A stretch of 64,000 bases of DNA. Origin: the human T2T-CHM13v2.0 reference genome, Homo sapiens. Shown piece by piece: positions 1 through 16,398 of this stretch. A program made the position numbers and the translations under genes. The DNA is taken from NCBI RefSeq assembly GCF_009914755.1, contig NC_060934.1. One strand, 5' to 3'. Below the pieces are notes generated by a model. The model had not been told where the DNA came from. It saw only the letters and a list, made by a program, of their open reading frames with translations, and searched no databases. Each line of letters begins with the position of its first letter. Positions within the stretch are counted from its first letter, which is position 1.

Positions 1-1476
1 GTGAGAAGAGTAGCATTGTTTTTCATTGTTCGCATATCTCTTTAATATCTGGCTTAATGGAAGACAGCTGGATCCTCACATTGGCTTCTGCATCCAGTTT
101 GTTGTATTACGTTGTTTGGGTTGAAGTAAATTTTTAAAAATCCAACCTTACACAGTTATGTAGTCAGAAACAGGAGGAGTATTTTAATAGTCTTTTCAGG
201 AAATTGTGGCTATTCTTATTTTATACCATATTAAAATTAACTAGCAGTAGTTTCTGAAAGATTTGTTGCAATGTGAAATCTGAAACCACACCAATAAACT
301 TTTGTGCTCTGCTATACTGAAACCTACTGGTCTGTCTTGAACTTTGAATGGATAATATCACGCATTGGTCATCAGGAAAATTAGTAATGCAGATCTTCCA
401 AAAGGTGATACATTTTATTATATAATATTTTAAAATCACATTTGTTAATATCATCACTGATTTCATTAAAAAAATTTAAGTATTGGAAAACCATAAACTT
501 ACCGTGGAGAATACAAGTTTTCCAAACTTCTAATTTTCCCTTGAAACCTCAAATTTTTTCATTCCAACAAATACTGTCAGTTTTTTTTTTACTTGAAATG
601 TCAGGTTTACTTCCTTCAGTTTTGAGAAAATGTCTGCTGAATACCCAAGTTTGAATAACCATAATTTGTCTATCATTTGTTCTTTCAAGTTGAAATATTG
701 TTTCATGCATTAAGCAGCTAGTTCAACCCTTAATGTAAACATCACACAAGTGTTCTTCCATATGCAACAGATTTTTATGCTATTAGTACTTATGCTATTA
801 ATATTTCTCATTTTACCACCCAAATATTAAGAACACATGGACTCAAGGTGGAGATTAATAAAAGTAATGATTTTTACTGCTTCATCAAGGACATTTTTTG
901 GTGAAATGGAATTTTTCTTTTTCTTTTTTCTTCTTTTTTTTTTTTTTGAGATGGAGTCTCACGTCGTGCAGGCTGGGGTGCAGTGCCGCGATTTTGGCTC
1001 ATTGCAACCTCTGCCTCCTGGGTTCAAGCGATTCTCCTTCCTCAGTCTCCTGAGTAGCTGGGAATACAGGTGTGCATCACCATGCCCACTAATTTTTGTA
1101 TTTTTAGTAGAGGTGGGTTTTCTCCCTGTTGGTCAGGCTGGTCTTGAACTCCTGACTTCAAGTGATCCACCTGCCTCAGCCTCCTAAAGTGCTGGGATTA
1201 CAGGCATGAGCCACTGTGCCCGGCCTCTTTTTCTTTCTTGTTTCTTTCTTTCTTTTTTTTTTTTTAATTGCAAGTGTGGTGGTAAATGCAATAACCACTA
1301 ATCAGTTTTGCAACAGTGCTTTAATTTGTGTTGCTAAAGCACCAGCAATTAGACCCACTGTGGCTTTTGCACCATCAGTGTAAATGTCAATACAATGAAA
1401 AGGCAAATAATATCTTTGTATTATATAAAAATAGTTCTGTCTTCACAGAAAGTGAACCACACTTTCAGAACCACTG
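1..1476. mobile_element. hAT-Charlie DNA transposon remnant (Charlie1-like), split by an Alu
   Basis: Ends in TIR-like ccacactttcagaaccactg; internal sequence resembles the Charlie1a consensus as recalled. Confidence 0.75.
911..1226 (-). mobile_element. Alu (S-type)
   Basis: poly(T) followed by reverse-complement Alu body. Confidence 0.92.
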
Positions 1477-2579
1477 TGATATGCTTCTACTGCTATTGCT
1501 TGGTTTGCTGATGTTAGCCATTTCTGCTGACTTCCTATTCTGCAAGATGAAGGGTTAGCACCCTTTAAACTAGCATTCCCCTTGCTCCTTTCTTTATCAC
1601 TTCATTATAATCATCACACTGTGGTTTAGGAAACTGCTTACCTTCCAGTTACTACCTAAGTATTGTTCACTACCAAGCCTGGTAGGGTAAAGTGAATGCT
1701 TCTTTGCTTGTACAACTCTTTATTTTGATCTTAAAGTTGATGACACCATTTTTTTACATGCTTAGTTCTGTGTTTCTATTGCAAATTTGTCTTAATCCTC
1801 CAACAGATTTGTGTAACTTCTCCTAAATATTCTCTTCCATGCAGTCTTAGGTGATCCATAAGGCCCATGTTTTTCCCTAGAGAAATCCCTTTAGAAGCCC
1901 TTCTTCCTCCTGCTCCAACATGGAGCAGCTGCTGGCTCAGTCTGCAACTCAGCCTTCATTCCGGGACATTCACTAACGGCTCAGAAGAGGAGAAGTGACC
2001 TAGTGGGGAGATCTAAAAGCTCATGTTCCAAACTTGTAACCAACCTCCCTGTTTTAAGCTCTGTATCTCTTCTCCCATTGTCAGCAATCTTGTGTCTCCA
2101 AATCCCAAAACTTTCTGGGGTTCTGCTGCACAAATTGGCTTCTTCTTTGACTAATATCCCCAAGTGGGCACTTGGTTTCCACATTTCTCAAATCTCCTGG
2201 CTCCTCAACCTGCTTTCCACCTTCCGAGAGTTTTGAAGTCTTAGACCTGCTATTGTCTCCCCTTCCATTCTTTTTGTCTCTATGGTTTTGTACCTTTAAA
2301 AAATTCTTTTATTCTCATTTTAGGGGCATTTCAGGAGGGGAGTAAAGATAAACATATGTGCTCCATATGTCTTGTTTAATCGGACATCCAGTATTTGAAT
2401 TTGGAACTGCACACGCTCTGAGGATTTGTTTGTACAAGCTCCTTGTGGTCTTGGTAGTTTTATGCTTTGGGAGATTTATGAACCCATTTCAGCAGCTCTA
2501 TGTTCTGCTGCTGCCACAACAGAAATCAAAGGTTGCCATAGAACTTGATGAAGCAAATAACAAATACTTAGAAAATATT

Positions 2580-3110
2580 AACTGTGAATTTTTTCCATCA
2601 TTCAATCTTTCAACAAACCCATCAAACACTTATTTTCTGAGTACCTACCATGTGCCAGGGCACTATTGTAGGTGCTGACATTGTAGTGGTGAATAAGACC
2701 AATACGGTCCTCTCGTGCACTTTGCAGTCTAGTGAAGGGAGCAAACCACAATAAAATAAACAAGTATATAAGACAATTTCAGATAGTAACAAATGCTATG
2801 AAGATAACAAAAGAGGGTAATGTGCTGGAATGACTGAGGATAAGGGGGCTATATTGGGAAGAGGGTCAGGGAGGGCCTCTCTGAGAAGGCGACATTTGAG
2901 CTGAGGTCTGACTCATGAGAAGGACCTATCTTTGTAAAGGTCTGGGGGAGGAGGGTTTCAGGCAGTGCCAAAATTCCAAAGTGGGGAAAAGCTTATGTGT
3001 TCACAGAATCAAAAGACCAACGTGGTTGGAACATATTGAAGGGAAGAGTGATGGGAGATGGGGTCCAGAAATCAGATCTGGAAAGGCAAATATGGATGAT
3101 GGCCCAAATA
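2580..3110. mobile_element. L2 fragment
   Basis: ttctgagtacctaccatgtgccagggcactatt...gagggcctctctgagaaggcgacatttgagctgag is typical L2 3' sequence. Confidence 0.65.
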
Positions 3111-3614
3111 GAGGTAATAATTGAAACTATAGGATGAGATAAGATGGCCAGAGGAGAGAGAGTATATAGAAAACTGTGGTAGGCACTGTGGATGCTTGCA
3201 AGAGCATCCAAGACACTGTCCTTACCTTCAAAACATTTACAACCTAGGAAACTGGTGAGGCAAGACACATTTTCAAAATAGAAAATAGTAAAAGCGTGTA
3301 TAATCAAGTATTTGCATGACATAGTATAGGTTTTTTTTTTTTAGGTGAAGTTAGAAAATGTAACAATCATTCAGAATTGATGGTAAAATATAGCTTTGTG
3401 GAGGAGGTAATATCTGAGCCAAATTTTGATGGATGACTTATATTTGTAGTAGCTGAAAGGCAGAAAAAGAGAATCTCAGACAGAAAAAACATGGGCAGAG
3501 ACTTGAATGTGTGGAGGTGACCATGACATATTTATGGAATAATGAAGAATAGCTTGACTGTTGGGAAGTAAACAGGTGAGTTTTCTTCAGTGTGCTTTAG
3601 AATCTTGCCTTATA

Positions 3615-4260
<646 letters not shown>

Positions 4261-5763
4261 TTAGATCTAAATTACAGTAAAGATTAGCAACTGCCAAGGC
4301 TACTTAATTTTTGACACTTAGTAGTTATTATACCTCCCACTTAATTACTTTTTTTATGTTGATTAATAGTTATTATTTCAAAAAATGAAAAAATGTAAAA
4401 GGGTACACTGAGCCATCTCACTCCTATCTGTCCTTATCCATCTTGTTTCCCTTCGCCCCTAATAGCCGCTTATGATTTGCATTTTATTCTTTCCAATTTT
4501 CTTTCTGCAAATGCAAACAACACGAACATATCTTATTTCTTGCCCCCTTGTAAGGTCATTTTCACAAGTATAAGGGTGGGGTAGAACTTCCACATATCTA
4601 TGGTGGGGCGACATAATGAAACCCGTAAACCCCATTTCTTATACAAGGCTAGCACCCTATATGCACTATTTTGCACCTTACTGTTAAAATTCAATTATAT
4701 ATCTTGGGATTCTTTCCATGTCAGTACATAGTGATCATTCTCGTCTTCTTTTTAGAGCAGCATAGTGTTCTGTTGTGTGACTGCATCAGTCCCCTGAGGA
4801 TGAACGCCTGAATGGTTTACAATGTTTTGCTGCTTGAATGAGTAGCCTATACATTTGTCATTTTGTATGTATACCAGTGGATCTATAAGATAGATTCCCA
4901 CAAGTGGGATTGTTGGGTCCAAGGATATTTGCATCTGTAATTCTGGCAGTACTGGCAGACTTCTTTCACAGGGTTTATGCCATTCACAGTAGCAATGCGT
5001 AAGAGTGGTCAAACATTTAGAGTTTTGCCAATCTTCTACGTGAAGAATGGAATTTCCATTTAATTTTAATGTCCATTTCTCTTATTATGCACCTCTACAT
5101 TTTAAACATTATTTTATATAGTATTTTTGGTAAACTTTGGCCAGAAAACTAGGCTGTAATAAAAATTTCTAACTTCAAGGATATAGAATTAAAAGAAAAT
5201 ATCATAACCTACAGAAACATATTTAACGTGGGTTATTTGCCAGAGTTGGGCCACTCCTGGGAGAATATGACCCCTCCTCCTTACTCTGATGGCTCAAGTA
5301 ACAGAACAAATTAATTTTCATTTAGTTAGGTCAGATAAAACTTAATAGAAAGAAACGAGTGTCCTCAACTGTACGAACCTGTATTATCTCTTAGATTCTC
5401 TCATATAAGCGAATGTAGCACTTAATGCATATGATAGGAATCAGAAAGTCATTTTAGGAGAAGCCAAGTTCCACATCAAAGACCCTGATCTTTGTTCTTG
5501 GCTGTTCCTGCTTTCTCACCAGTTTTCTCAGTTGTACCATTCTTAACTGGAGCTACTTTCTAATTTCCTGAGTGTGGTGTCAGTATGGTTTGAATACTGC
5601 CAACTCTTCTCACTGCTACAAAAAAATAATGTTATAATGATGGAGTTTTTTGTTGTTGTTGTTCTGACTTCAAATGAAGCTCATTTAAGAGAATATCTGG
5701 AGCTGTCTATGTTATTGTCTTGCATTTGAGTCATGTCCAATGACCATATCCTTTTCCCTGCAG

Positions 5764-5939
5764 GTGGTACTGTGAAGGCAAGGAGCTTGAAAATTCCCCA
5801 GATATTCACATCGTCCAGGCAGGAAATCTGCACTCACTGACCATTGCGGAAGCCTTTGAAGAGGACACAGGACGCTATTCCTGCTTTGCTTCTAACATCT
5901 ATGGGACAGATTCGACTTCTGCTGAGATTTATATAGAAG
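5764..5939 (+). CDS. MYPN: MYPN exon 3 (C-terminal half of Ig1)
   Basis: ccctgcag|G TGG TAC TGT...ATA GAA G|gtaaaa; WYCEGKELENSPDIHIVQAGNLHSLTIAEAFEEDTGRYSCFASNIYGTDSTSAEIYIE with Ig W and DxGxYxC motifs. Confidence 0.97.
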
Positions 5940-5994
5940 GTAAAACAAAATGCTCTTGGAGTATGACACTTAATAGTAAGACATTTAGTTATAA

Positions 5995-6960
<966 letters not shown>

Positions 6961-7842
6961 AACACTGGAAAGGCATTTACATTGGCATCAGGTTTATATG
7001 ATTAATTTGAGGTGAAAAAAATCAACTTATGCTCCTTTGTATCTACCTATATTTGCATTCCTATTTTATCTTATCCTCTGAATTTTGTCTGCAGATCATT
7101 CTTTAGCACTTTTTTCACCAATAATACCTTATGTATGCCTTGGTTTTAGCATTTAAACATATTATTATGGTATAGATGCCCATTTATCAACTAGATTGTA
7201 AGGCCACGACTTATTTATATCTCCAATATGTACTTGTACTAGGTACTTACATAGTACCAAGTACATAGTGAGTATTTGATAAACATTTTTTGAATAAATA
7301 CATGAATAGAAATGTGTTGTATGTGTATGTGTTTTTATCCTCACATTTTTGGAGTCCAATAAATGCCTCCAGATTTAGCTGTTATATATCTTCGTGGAAT
7401 GCACTATCTTGAGAAGTAAATCCAGGATCAAAGCTCTGCTAACAGTGCTGAGATTGGATTACTGGGTTTTTTTTTTCTTTGTGACAAAAAGATTTTAAAC
7501 ACCCCCTCTCTCACAATGAAGTATGACTTGTTAATATTAGGACTGGACGGAAGAGCATCCACCTACACCTACAATGTTTGGAATCCAGTGTAATCCCTTC
7601 TTGTATTCAATCTGTGTAGGCCAAGAGGAAGAGGATTTACGAACACCAGAGAATGTCTGCAAATACTGCTCTGTTAGGCCAAAGGCATCAGCAGGTGTTT
7701 TACATATGTGAACGCTTAGAAGTTGGGTCAGTTAATTTGAACAGTGCCACTAACTAGACATGTGACCTTGAGCAATTCCTTCAACTTCTTAGGGCCTATT
7801 TCCTTGTTTGTCAAGTTGGGTGTTAGTGTAGTGAATCAATGA

Positions 7843-8151
<309 letters not shown>

Positions 8152-8298
8152 TGAGTTCATTTCTAAGATTCTGTAGGTATTCAGATATTTAGGAATCAGG
8201 TAAACAAAGTATCATCTTAAAAATCTTATGTCGTGTTTAGGAACCAATTTAAGAAATTGTCATCTTAACAATCTTATGTCTTGTTTTTATTTTTCCAG

Positions 8299-8350
8299 GG
8301 GTTTCTTCTTCTGACTCAGAAGGCGACCCTAACAAGGAAGAGATGAATCG
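8299..8350 (+). CDS. MYPN: MYPN exon 4
   Basis: ttttccag|GG GTT TCT...AAT CG|gtaatt; GVSSSDSEGDPNKEEMNR; phase 1 to 2 fits neighbours. Confidence 0.95.
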
Positions 8351-9339
8351 GTAATTCTGATTTTCTGTCTTATAGCTTTAGCATCCTCAGATCAATTAAT
8401 AGCTCAAAGAGAATGATTAATTGGTTACTAGAACTTAAGAAGGGTGGCTCCAGGGTTTGACCACAAAAATAAATAAATAAACAAACAAACAAACAAACAA
8501 ATTGAGTGGATTTGAAGAAGACCCTACTTTTGCTTAAGTCTTGCCTAGCAGATAAATTTGAATCTTTCCAATTTACTCCCTACAGAGGATGAGCTCCTTA
8601 AGGGCAGAAATCCTTTGTTCATGCCTACCTTGAAATGATAATTTGCTTCTAGCTTTTGTGCAGATACGAACATTCATAACCAGAGTAAATGACTCCTCTT
8701 TTACCCCCTTCCTATATCATTCTCGTGGCCTTGAGTCAACTCCTCCTTCTCTCCTGCCTTTTATGCCAACCACCTCCTTAGAGGGCTTCCTGTCTGCTTC
8801 TGCCTTTTTCTCTCTTTTATAGTGTCCAAACTACGACCAGTTATTCTCTAAAAGAGATCAAGATTCTGATCCTATTGTTTTCCTGACTCAGAAAAAGATT
8901 ATCTATGAGAAAACAAAAATCAAACACAAAACAAACAGCAACATTTAAAAAAAATCTTAACATGGCATACATACAAAGCCTTATTCAGTAGAGCATCAAC
9001 CAGGTTTTTCTGTCCCCTCCTTCCTTCCCCACCTCAGGCTGTCTACATTGTTGACATCTCACCCAAATCATGTATAGTTCCTCTTCACTCCTTTGTTCAA
9101 GCTATTCACTTTGCTAGGATTGCCCTATCTTCTCTGTCTAGCAAACTCTTATTTGTCCTGCAAAACCCAGTCTAAATGTTCTTTCTCTTTGAGCTCTGTA
9201 ATAAACTTCTCCCCTATTGCACACGCATCACTGCTTCCTTGTGGCTCCCATAATGTGTTACAAACCTAAGGGGTATGAATTTTGATCTATAAACTTAAAT
9301 AAGCAAGAAATATCCCATTTATTTATTTGCTTTAAATCT

Positions 9340-9780
9340 ACTTGTAGTTGTTGGGATTTAGCCTCCGTTGTGTATCATAGAGACTCAAATTAACTGTGAC
9401 TTAAATGAAACAGATATTTATTTCTTATTTACATACAAATCTGGATTTGGTGGGTAAAATGACCCCACATTCCACTAGGTTCCTCTGTGCTTCCTGCTTT
9501 CTGCTTTATCTCACACTAAGATGTTGCCCTCGTCTTCTTAGGCTAAAATAGAAAGAAATAAAGGCTTGTCAGCCTTTTAAGGTCATCTCTCTTAAAATGC
9601 ATATACCACTATCCCTCATATCCCATAACCAGAAAGTACCCATGTGGCCACACCTAGCTGCAGTGAATTTTGGGATATGTAGTCTTTATTTGGAGCAATC
9701 ATGTAAAGAAATCAGGTATTCTATTATTGTAGAAGAAGAAAACAGATGCTTTGGATACACGGATTGGCTTTGCATTAGCA
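9340..9780. mobile_element. Old MaLR LTR (MLT1-like)
   Basis: aactgtgacttaaatgaaacagatatttatttc...catgtggccacacctagctgcag motifs; highly diverged. Confidence 0.5.
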
Positions 9781-9961
9781 CATCATTCTGCTTGAGACCA
9801 AATGCTGCCTGGTTAGGGAAAACATCCAGTCTGGTATTGAGTGTCACTTTCCCCCTCACAGTTTTACAATGAGCCATAGAGAGAGAGAGCAGTTTTGGAG
9901 TAAGCACCATTCTAAACACATTACATGAATTATCTTATTTAATCCTCACAAAACCCTATGA

Positions 9962-10277
<316 letters not shown>

Positions 10278-11176
10278 CTCCGGGAATTATTATTTCCCCA
10301 TTTTAGAGATGAGGAAGCTGAGGCAAAGAGATATAACACCTAGACCAAAGGAAAGCCCTCTCTCATCCAGTCATCTATCCATGGGTTACAGGTGAGAGGC
10401 CCATGTCCCAAATCCCAAGTTCTCTTCAAGTCCAGAGCTTGTTGCTTTCTGACGTGTGTAATTACTGATATCTTTAACAAGACTGGGAGCCGTTTACCGA
10501 GAGAGATGGCCTTCCCCTCTGGACGTAGGTTCTCCCTGGGGTCAGGTTCTCTGGCAAGATCCACAGACCTCTGTCTCTTCCACAACAAAACTAAAATAAT
10601 CTCCCCTCTGCAGCCTTCTCAAGAATACTTGCTGGCTCTCTTGCCCTTCAAATACTCTCTTTAATTTAATTTGTGTAAACTTGAAAAGCTTGTTGACTTC
10701 ATGCCATTTCTACTTTCTGCCATGCCAAATTCTCAGAGGTTAAGTTTTATATATGAGAGACCCTGTCTTGGATCAGAGGTATAGATTTAAAAAGCCTGGC
10801 CTCTTACTTGAAATGGGAGGGGGAGGGAAAATACCGAGGGTAACAACAAAACAAATCTCAAAAAATTACCTTCTGCACATGCTTCCATCACTGCATTTGT
10901 CTTGGATCTCAGTTAACTGTTAATATGTTTGACTCCCTGGCTACACTGAGAACAACGGCCCAAGGACAGGAATGGTGTCTTATGCATTTTCGTGTTTGCA
11001 TTGCCTAACAAAATGTGTAGCAAAAATGCCCTTGGTCAACGTTTGTAAAATATCATCAAACCAAGATTTTTATTACACTCACCTGTAAGCAGTGATGCCA
11101 TTACTAGTTTTCCTAAAATAATTTTCACAAAGAGTGATAGGTCTATTTTATAATCTATATTTTAATAATTTCTCAG

Positions 11177-11291
11177 AATCCAGAAGCCAAATGAGGTGTC
11201 ATCTCCTCCCACTACCTCTGCAGTCATTCCTCCAGCAGTACCCCAAGCCCAGCATTTGGTGGCCCAACCTCGTGTGGCAACCATCCAGCAG
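11177..11291 (+). CDS. MYPN: MYPN exon 5
   Basis: tttctcag|A ATC CAG...CAG CAG|gtacaa; IQKPNEVSSPPTTSAVIPPAVPQAQHLVAQPRVATIQQ. Confidence 0.95.
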
Positions 11292-11767
11292 GTACAAGAA
11301 TCCAAGCGAAACACAAGTGCCATCCACTGTGACAGACAGTCATGGTGACCATGACCATCTTGCATGGCATGATCGTGTTTTTCTCAGGTGCAACTCCATC
11401 ATCAGGATAATCACCTTGTATTTCTGATGTTTGAGAGCAGTGGTTCCTGTTGCTTTGGGAACATATTCTCGGGCTTCAATAGGCAAATTTCTGAGGAGAA
11501 GAAACGCTTTACAAATTAGTCCCTGGCTTTTCAGCTTTATAAAGGGTGCTGATTACATATGCAGTGAGCTGTCAGCTCTCAGACTGGCCTAGAACAAACA
11601 CTCTATATCATAAAACCTGATTAGTTTCATGGAGCTGCAGAGAATTCCACTTTCTAAGACGAAGCAAGCATGTAGTTATTTTTTAGAAAACAGCAAAGGC
11701 TCTCATCCTTCAAGTTAATAATAATGATACATGCTTATTGTAAAAACACTTTAAAAGTACAGAAGTA

Positions 11768-12042
11768 TGCCAGGTGTGGTGGCTCACACCTGTGATCTCA
11801 GCACTTTGGGAGGCCAAGGTGGGAGGATTGCTTGAGTCCAGGAGTTTGAGACCCGTCTGGGCAACATAGCGAGACCCTATCTCTACAAAAAAGAAAAAAA
11901 AATTAGCCAGGCATGGTGCCATGCACCTATGGTCCCAGCTACTCGGGAGGCTGACATGGGATGATCACTTGAGCCTGAGAGGTCAAGGTGACCTGTGATA
12001 GCATAGCTGCACTACAGCCTGGGCAACAGAATAAGACCCTGT
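11768..12042 (+). mobile_element. AluJ
   Basis: Alu body with J-type ggattgcttgag. Confidence 0.9.
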
Positions 12043-12275
12043 CCTCCCACTCCCCCCCGAAAAATGTATTAAGTAAAAAGCTTAGTCAAGATTCTACTCC
12101 AGTGCCTTCACTCCTCAGAGGTACTTCATGTTAGTAGTTTCTAGTGGGTAGTTCCAGGCATTGTCTATGCATATAGAAGAATACATATATGTATGCATAG
12201 ACTTTAAAACATATGAAGTCATACTATCTAAATATACATATAACATGTTATTGATGTATTTCTTTTATATACATA

Positions 12276-12423
12276 TTTTTTTTCTGTTTTTCAAAAAATT
12301 ATTTGTAGAGACGAGATCTCACTGTGTTGCTCAGGCTGGTCTTGAACCCTGGCCTCAAGCCATCCTCCCGCCTCAGCCTCCCAAAGTGCTAGAATTACAG
12401 CTGTGAGCCACCATACCCAGCCT
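12276..12423 (-). mobile_element. Alu left monomer/FLAM
   Basis: Single reverse monomer. Confidence 0.85.
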
Positions 12424-12863
12424 GATATATTTCTTTATTGATGATCAATGTATTTAAATATATTTATCTACAACCTCTTTTTAAAAATTATCCAACCCAT
12501 TTAGTAGTGCAGAGGGGTCAAGTTTTAGTTCTAATCCATTGGTTTTCAAACTGTGATCTGTGTAGCCCCAGGGGTTCTACGGAGCCTCTTTGGAGGTTTA
12601 GGGTTAATGACATAGATCCACAGATCTACATGTGAAGGGGTGGCGTGGGGATAGGCAGCACATATTTTATAGCCACCATGACCTAGAGAGAAATAGAGTC
12701 AATTCAGTCTAAAATTTGAAGTCTGTGATTCATAAACTTAGAATACATCAGTTTTTTGGTTTGGGATGCATTTCATATACCAAATTCTATAGGTTTGTTA
12801 TGTCTCACTATCCATCTAATAATATTAGTAACAATGAATTTACTGTTGCTTCCCTTCTACCAG

Positions 12864-12935
12864 TGTCAGAGCCCCACCAATTACTTGCAGGGATTGGATG
12901 GAAAACCTATCATTGCAGCTCCTGTGTTTACAAAG
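12864..12935 (+). CDS. MYPN: MYPN exon 6
   Basis: ttctaccag|TGT CAG...ACA AAG|gtaata; CQSPTNYLQGLDGKPIIAAPVFTK (start of Ig2). Confidence 0.95.
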
Positions 12936-13772
12936 GTAATAAAAATATTACTTCTTTCTGTCATGGCTTTAAAGATACCACAGCACCCAAAGTTATAGGA
13001 TACAAGATTTATTCATTTTTATCTCAGGATTTGGTCTTCTGTATGTACGGTATAGGGTTTGGGTTGTTTTGTTAGTTACTACAGTATCGCTTCAAGTCCC
13101 AGATTTCCAATAACAGTTTTAGTAATGAGAGAAATGTCTTTCCCTCTTACCACACTAATCTCTGTGGCCATTATACAACTGTTCAACATAGGAGCCACCC
13201 CTAGAGGTCAAGTGATAAATTTCTAGCCACATATTACTCCAAAGGTTTCTCTGAATTTTTAGAAAAATTCAATTGCAGGTACCTGGCTTAGGTGCTCAAG
13301 GAGATGGAGTTAAATGCTCTTAGGAGGTTTAACATAAAGCCTCCCTCCCTCTAGGACAAAGAGCTTTCTTTTTCTATTCCATAGTATCAACTGTTGAGGT
13401 GGCATCAAATTCTGAGTCTCATAATCTTTGTACTTAGCACTAGAAAATTTAGTCAAGCACATTCATTTACAAATGAAAAACCAAGGGAGGGCCAGAGAGA
13501 TGAAGCCATGTAGCCAATGTCACAGATCCAGTTAGTGGCAGAATCAGGACTACAAACAAGTTGTCCCAATTCTCAGACTATCAGACTGTGTTTATATGTT
13601 GCCCAAGCCAGTGAGTGTGAAGATGAAAAAATGGAATCACATTAGATTTTATGGTATTATGAGGACCAAATAGGCAACATCTATGCCTGGATTTATTGTT
13701 TATTGTTTGTATGAACACCAAACTTAGGCCCAAATAGATTTTATCCTCTTTGAAGTATGCTTTGGTTTAGAG

Positions 13773-13960
13773 CAATGGTTCTCAATCATGGTTAATTTTG
13801 CCCTTCAGAGTCATTGGCACTTTTGTTGTCACAGCTGGGGGGTTGCGTTCCTGGCATCCAGGAATGGTGCTAAACATCCCACAACACATAGGATGACAGC
13901 CCCCCACAACAAAAATTGTCTAGCTCAAAATGTCAACAGTGTTGAAGCTGAGAAATCCTG
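13773..13960. mobile_element. MER20 (hAT-Charlie MITE)
   Basis: caatggttctcaatc...gctaaacatcccacaacacataggatgacagcccccc...gagaaatcctg. Confidence 0.8.
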
Positions 13961-14659
13961 GTTTGAGCAAAATGGAAAAAATGGGCTATTTTTCTAGTGA
14001 GTACTGATCCTTAAAGGAATAGCTAAATCCACAGCTTCTACAGAAGCATCCATTTCATGGGAGCTCTGCTGTATCAGATCATTCAAGATGGTTTTCCAAA
14101 ACCCAGAGTGGAGTCTAGAGCGAACAACCATGTTTACCAATATCCATATCAGTTAGGCAAACATTCTTATGTGAAACAAGATGCCTCTCAATTTTTCAAG
14201 TTCAGTTCATAACCTACATTTGAGATTTTAGCTTTACTATTTTCAAAGTCTTGAAGTAGGAGAGCAACATGTTGTGATTTGGTGGATACAAGACTTTGAT
14301 GAGGAGTTATAGGTGGACCTTTATGCGGGGGGGTGTATGTGTGTTTGTAACACAGCTAAGAGAGCTACTTCTTATTGTCTCTTATCATCATTGCTAAGTC
14401 ATCTAACCTTAAAACAGTGATTAAGTGCCACAGACACTTTAATTTATCATGCCAGTTTGTCACACCTTAGAGACAGTGCTGACTCTTCAAAGGCAGCTAA
14501 ACCACAAGATAGTTTATACTCAGTCTCAGCTAAAGTCTCCCCCTCTCTTCCCTTCCTCAACTCCATCTGCCTAGACAGACAGGTGACATCAGAGGGATAT
14601 CAGGTAATATCTCCACTCAATTTGAAATCTTCCTAGGTACTGTGTCTTCCCTGCATCTA

Positions 14660-15274
14660 TGTCTAGGAAAAGAGTCCAACTCTGTAAAATAGTTGGAAGA
14701 GATTTATTCTCAGCCAAATATGAGTGACCATGGCCTGTGACAGAGCCCTCAGGAGATTCTGAGAACATATGCCAAAGGTGGTCTGGGTACAGCTTGGTTT
14801 TATACCTTTAGGGAGACATGAGACATCAATCCGTACATGTAAGATGTACATTGATTTGGTCTGGAAAGGCAGGACAACTGGAAGTTGGGCCTTCCAAGTC
14901 ATAGGCAGATTCAAATATTTTTTTGATTGGCAATTGGTTGAAAGAGTTATTAACAATAGAAAGGAACGTCTGGATTAGGATAAGGGGTTGTAGAGACCAA
15001 GGTTTTATCATGCAGATGAAGCCTCCAGGAGCAGGCTTCAGAGAATAGATTATAAATGTTTTTTATCAGATCTTATCAGACTTAAAGAGTCTGTTTTATC
15101 AGTAATTCCAGGAGGGTATAATGAGGCATGTCCCCTTCCCATCATGACCTGAACTAGTTTTCAGGTTAGCTTCAGAATGCCCTTGCTGAGAGGAGGGGTC
15201 CATTCAGATGGTAGGGGGCAGGCAGGGGAGGGTGCAGAGCGGGTGTGCGCTAAGAATTTCATTTTTGGTTGACA
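14660..15274 (-). mobile_element. ERV1 solo LTR, MER4A-like
   Basis: Reverse strand begins TGTcAACCAAAAATgAAATTCT...CCATCTGAATGGACCCCTCCTCTC, matching the recalled MER4A 5' end. Confidence 0.8.
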
Positions 15275-15446
15275 CATGTCACCCAGAGCATACCTCTGGC
15301 ACGTTTATCATGACAGTAAAGCTGTTTACCTTTCAATCTCTCCCGTTCACCTTGAAGACTATCTCTAATAACTAGATAGGAGTCCATAGAGGCAACAATA
15401 GGTAAAAAGTTGTTATTATTTTGAAAAGTCCAATAGGACTTTAACA

Positions 15447-16157
<711 letters not shown>

Positions 16158-16398
16158 TGAGCTGCCTTTGTGTGGTGATTCTGATTAGCTCCTTCTATTA
16201 ATAATTAGATGCTCTGATTGGCAGATGCATATACTTTTGATAAATAAAAATAGGAAAATGAATTAATCATTCACATACTTTGTTTGTTAGATAAAATATC
16301 TAAAAGAAATAGCTTCATGGTGGGAAAATGGTCCTTAGTACACAGACCCAAACCCTGACGAGGCTTTCTCAGCCTCGTCAGGATATGTGCTTTTGCCT

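Noticed and set aside
8465-8500. (AAAT)n(AAAC)n run containing AATAAA after exon 4
   Set aside because: Simple microsatellite; no convincing downstream GU-rich element, so an intronic poly(A) site is not supported
9543-9551. MEF2-like CTAAAATAG (also CTATTTTAG near 40695)
   Set aside because: One A/T short of the YTA(A/T)4TAR consensus
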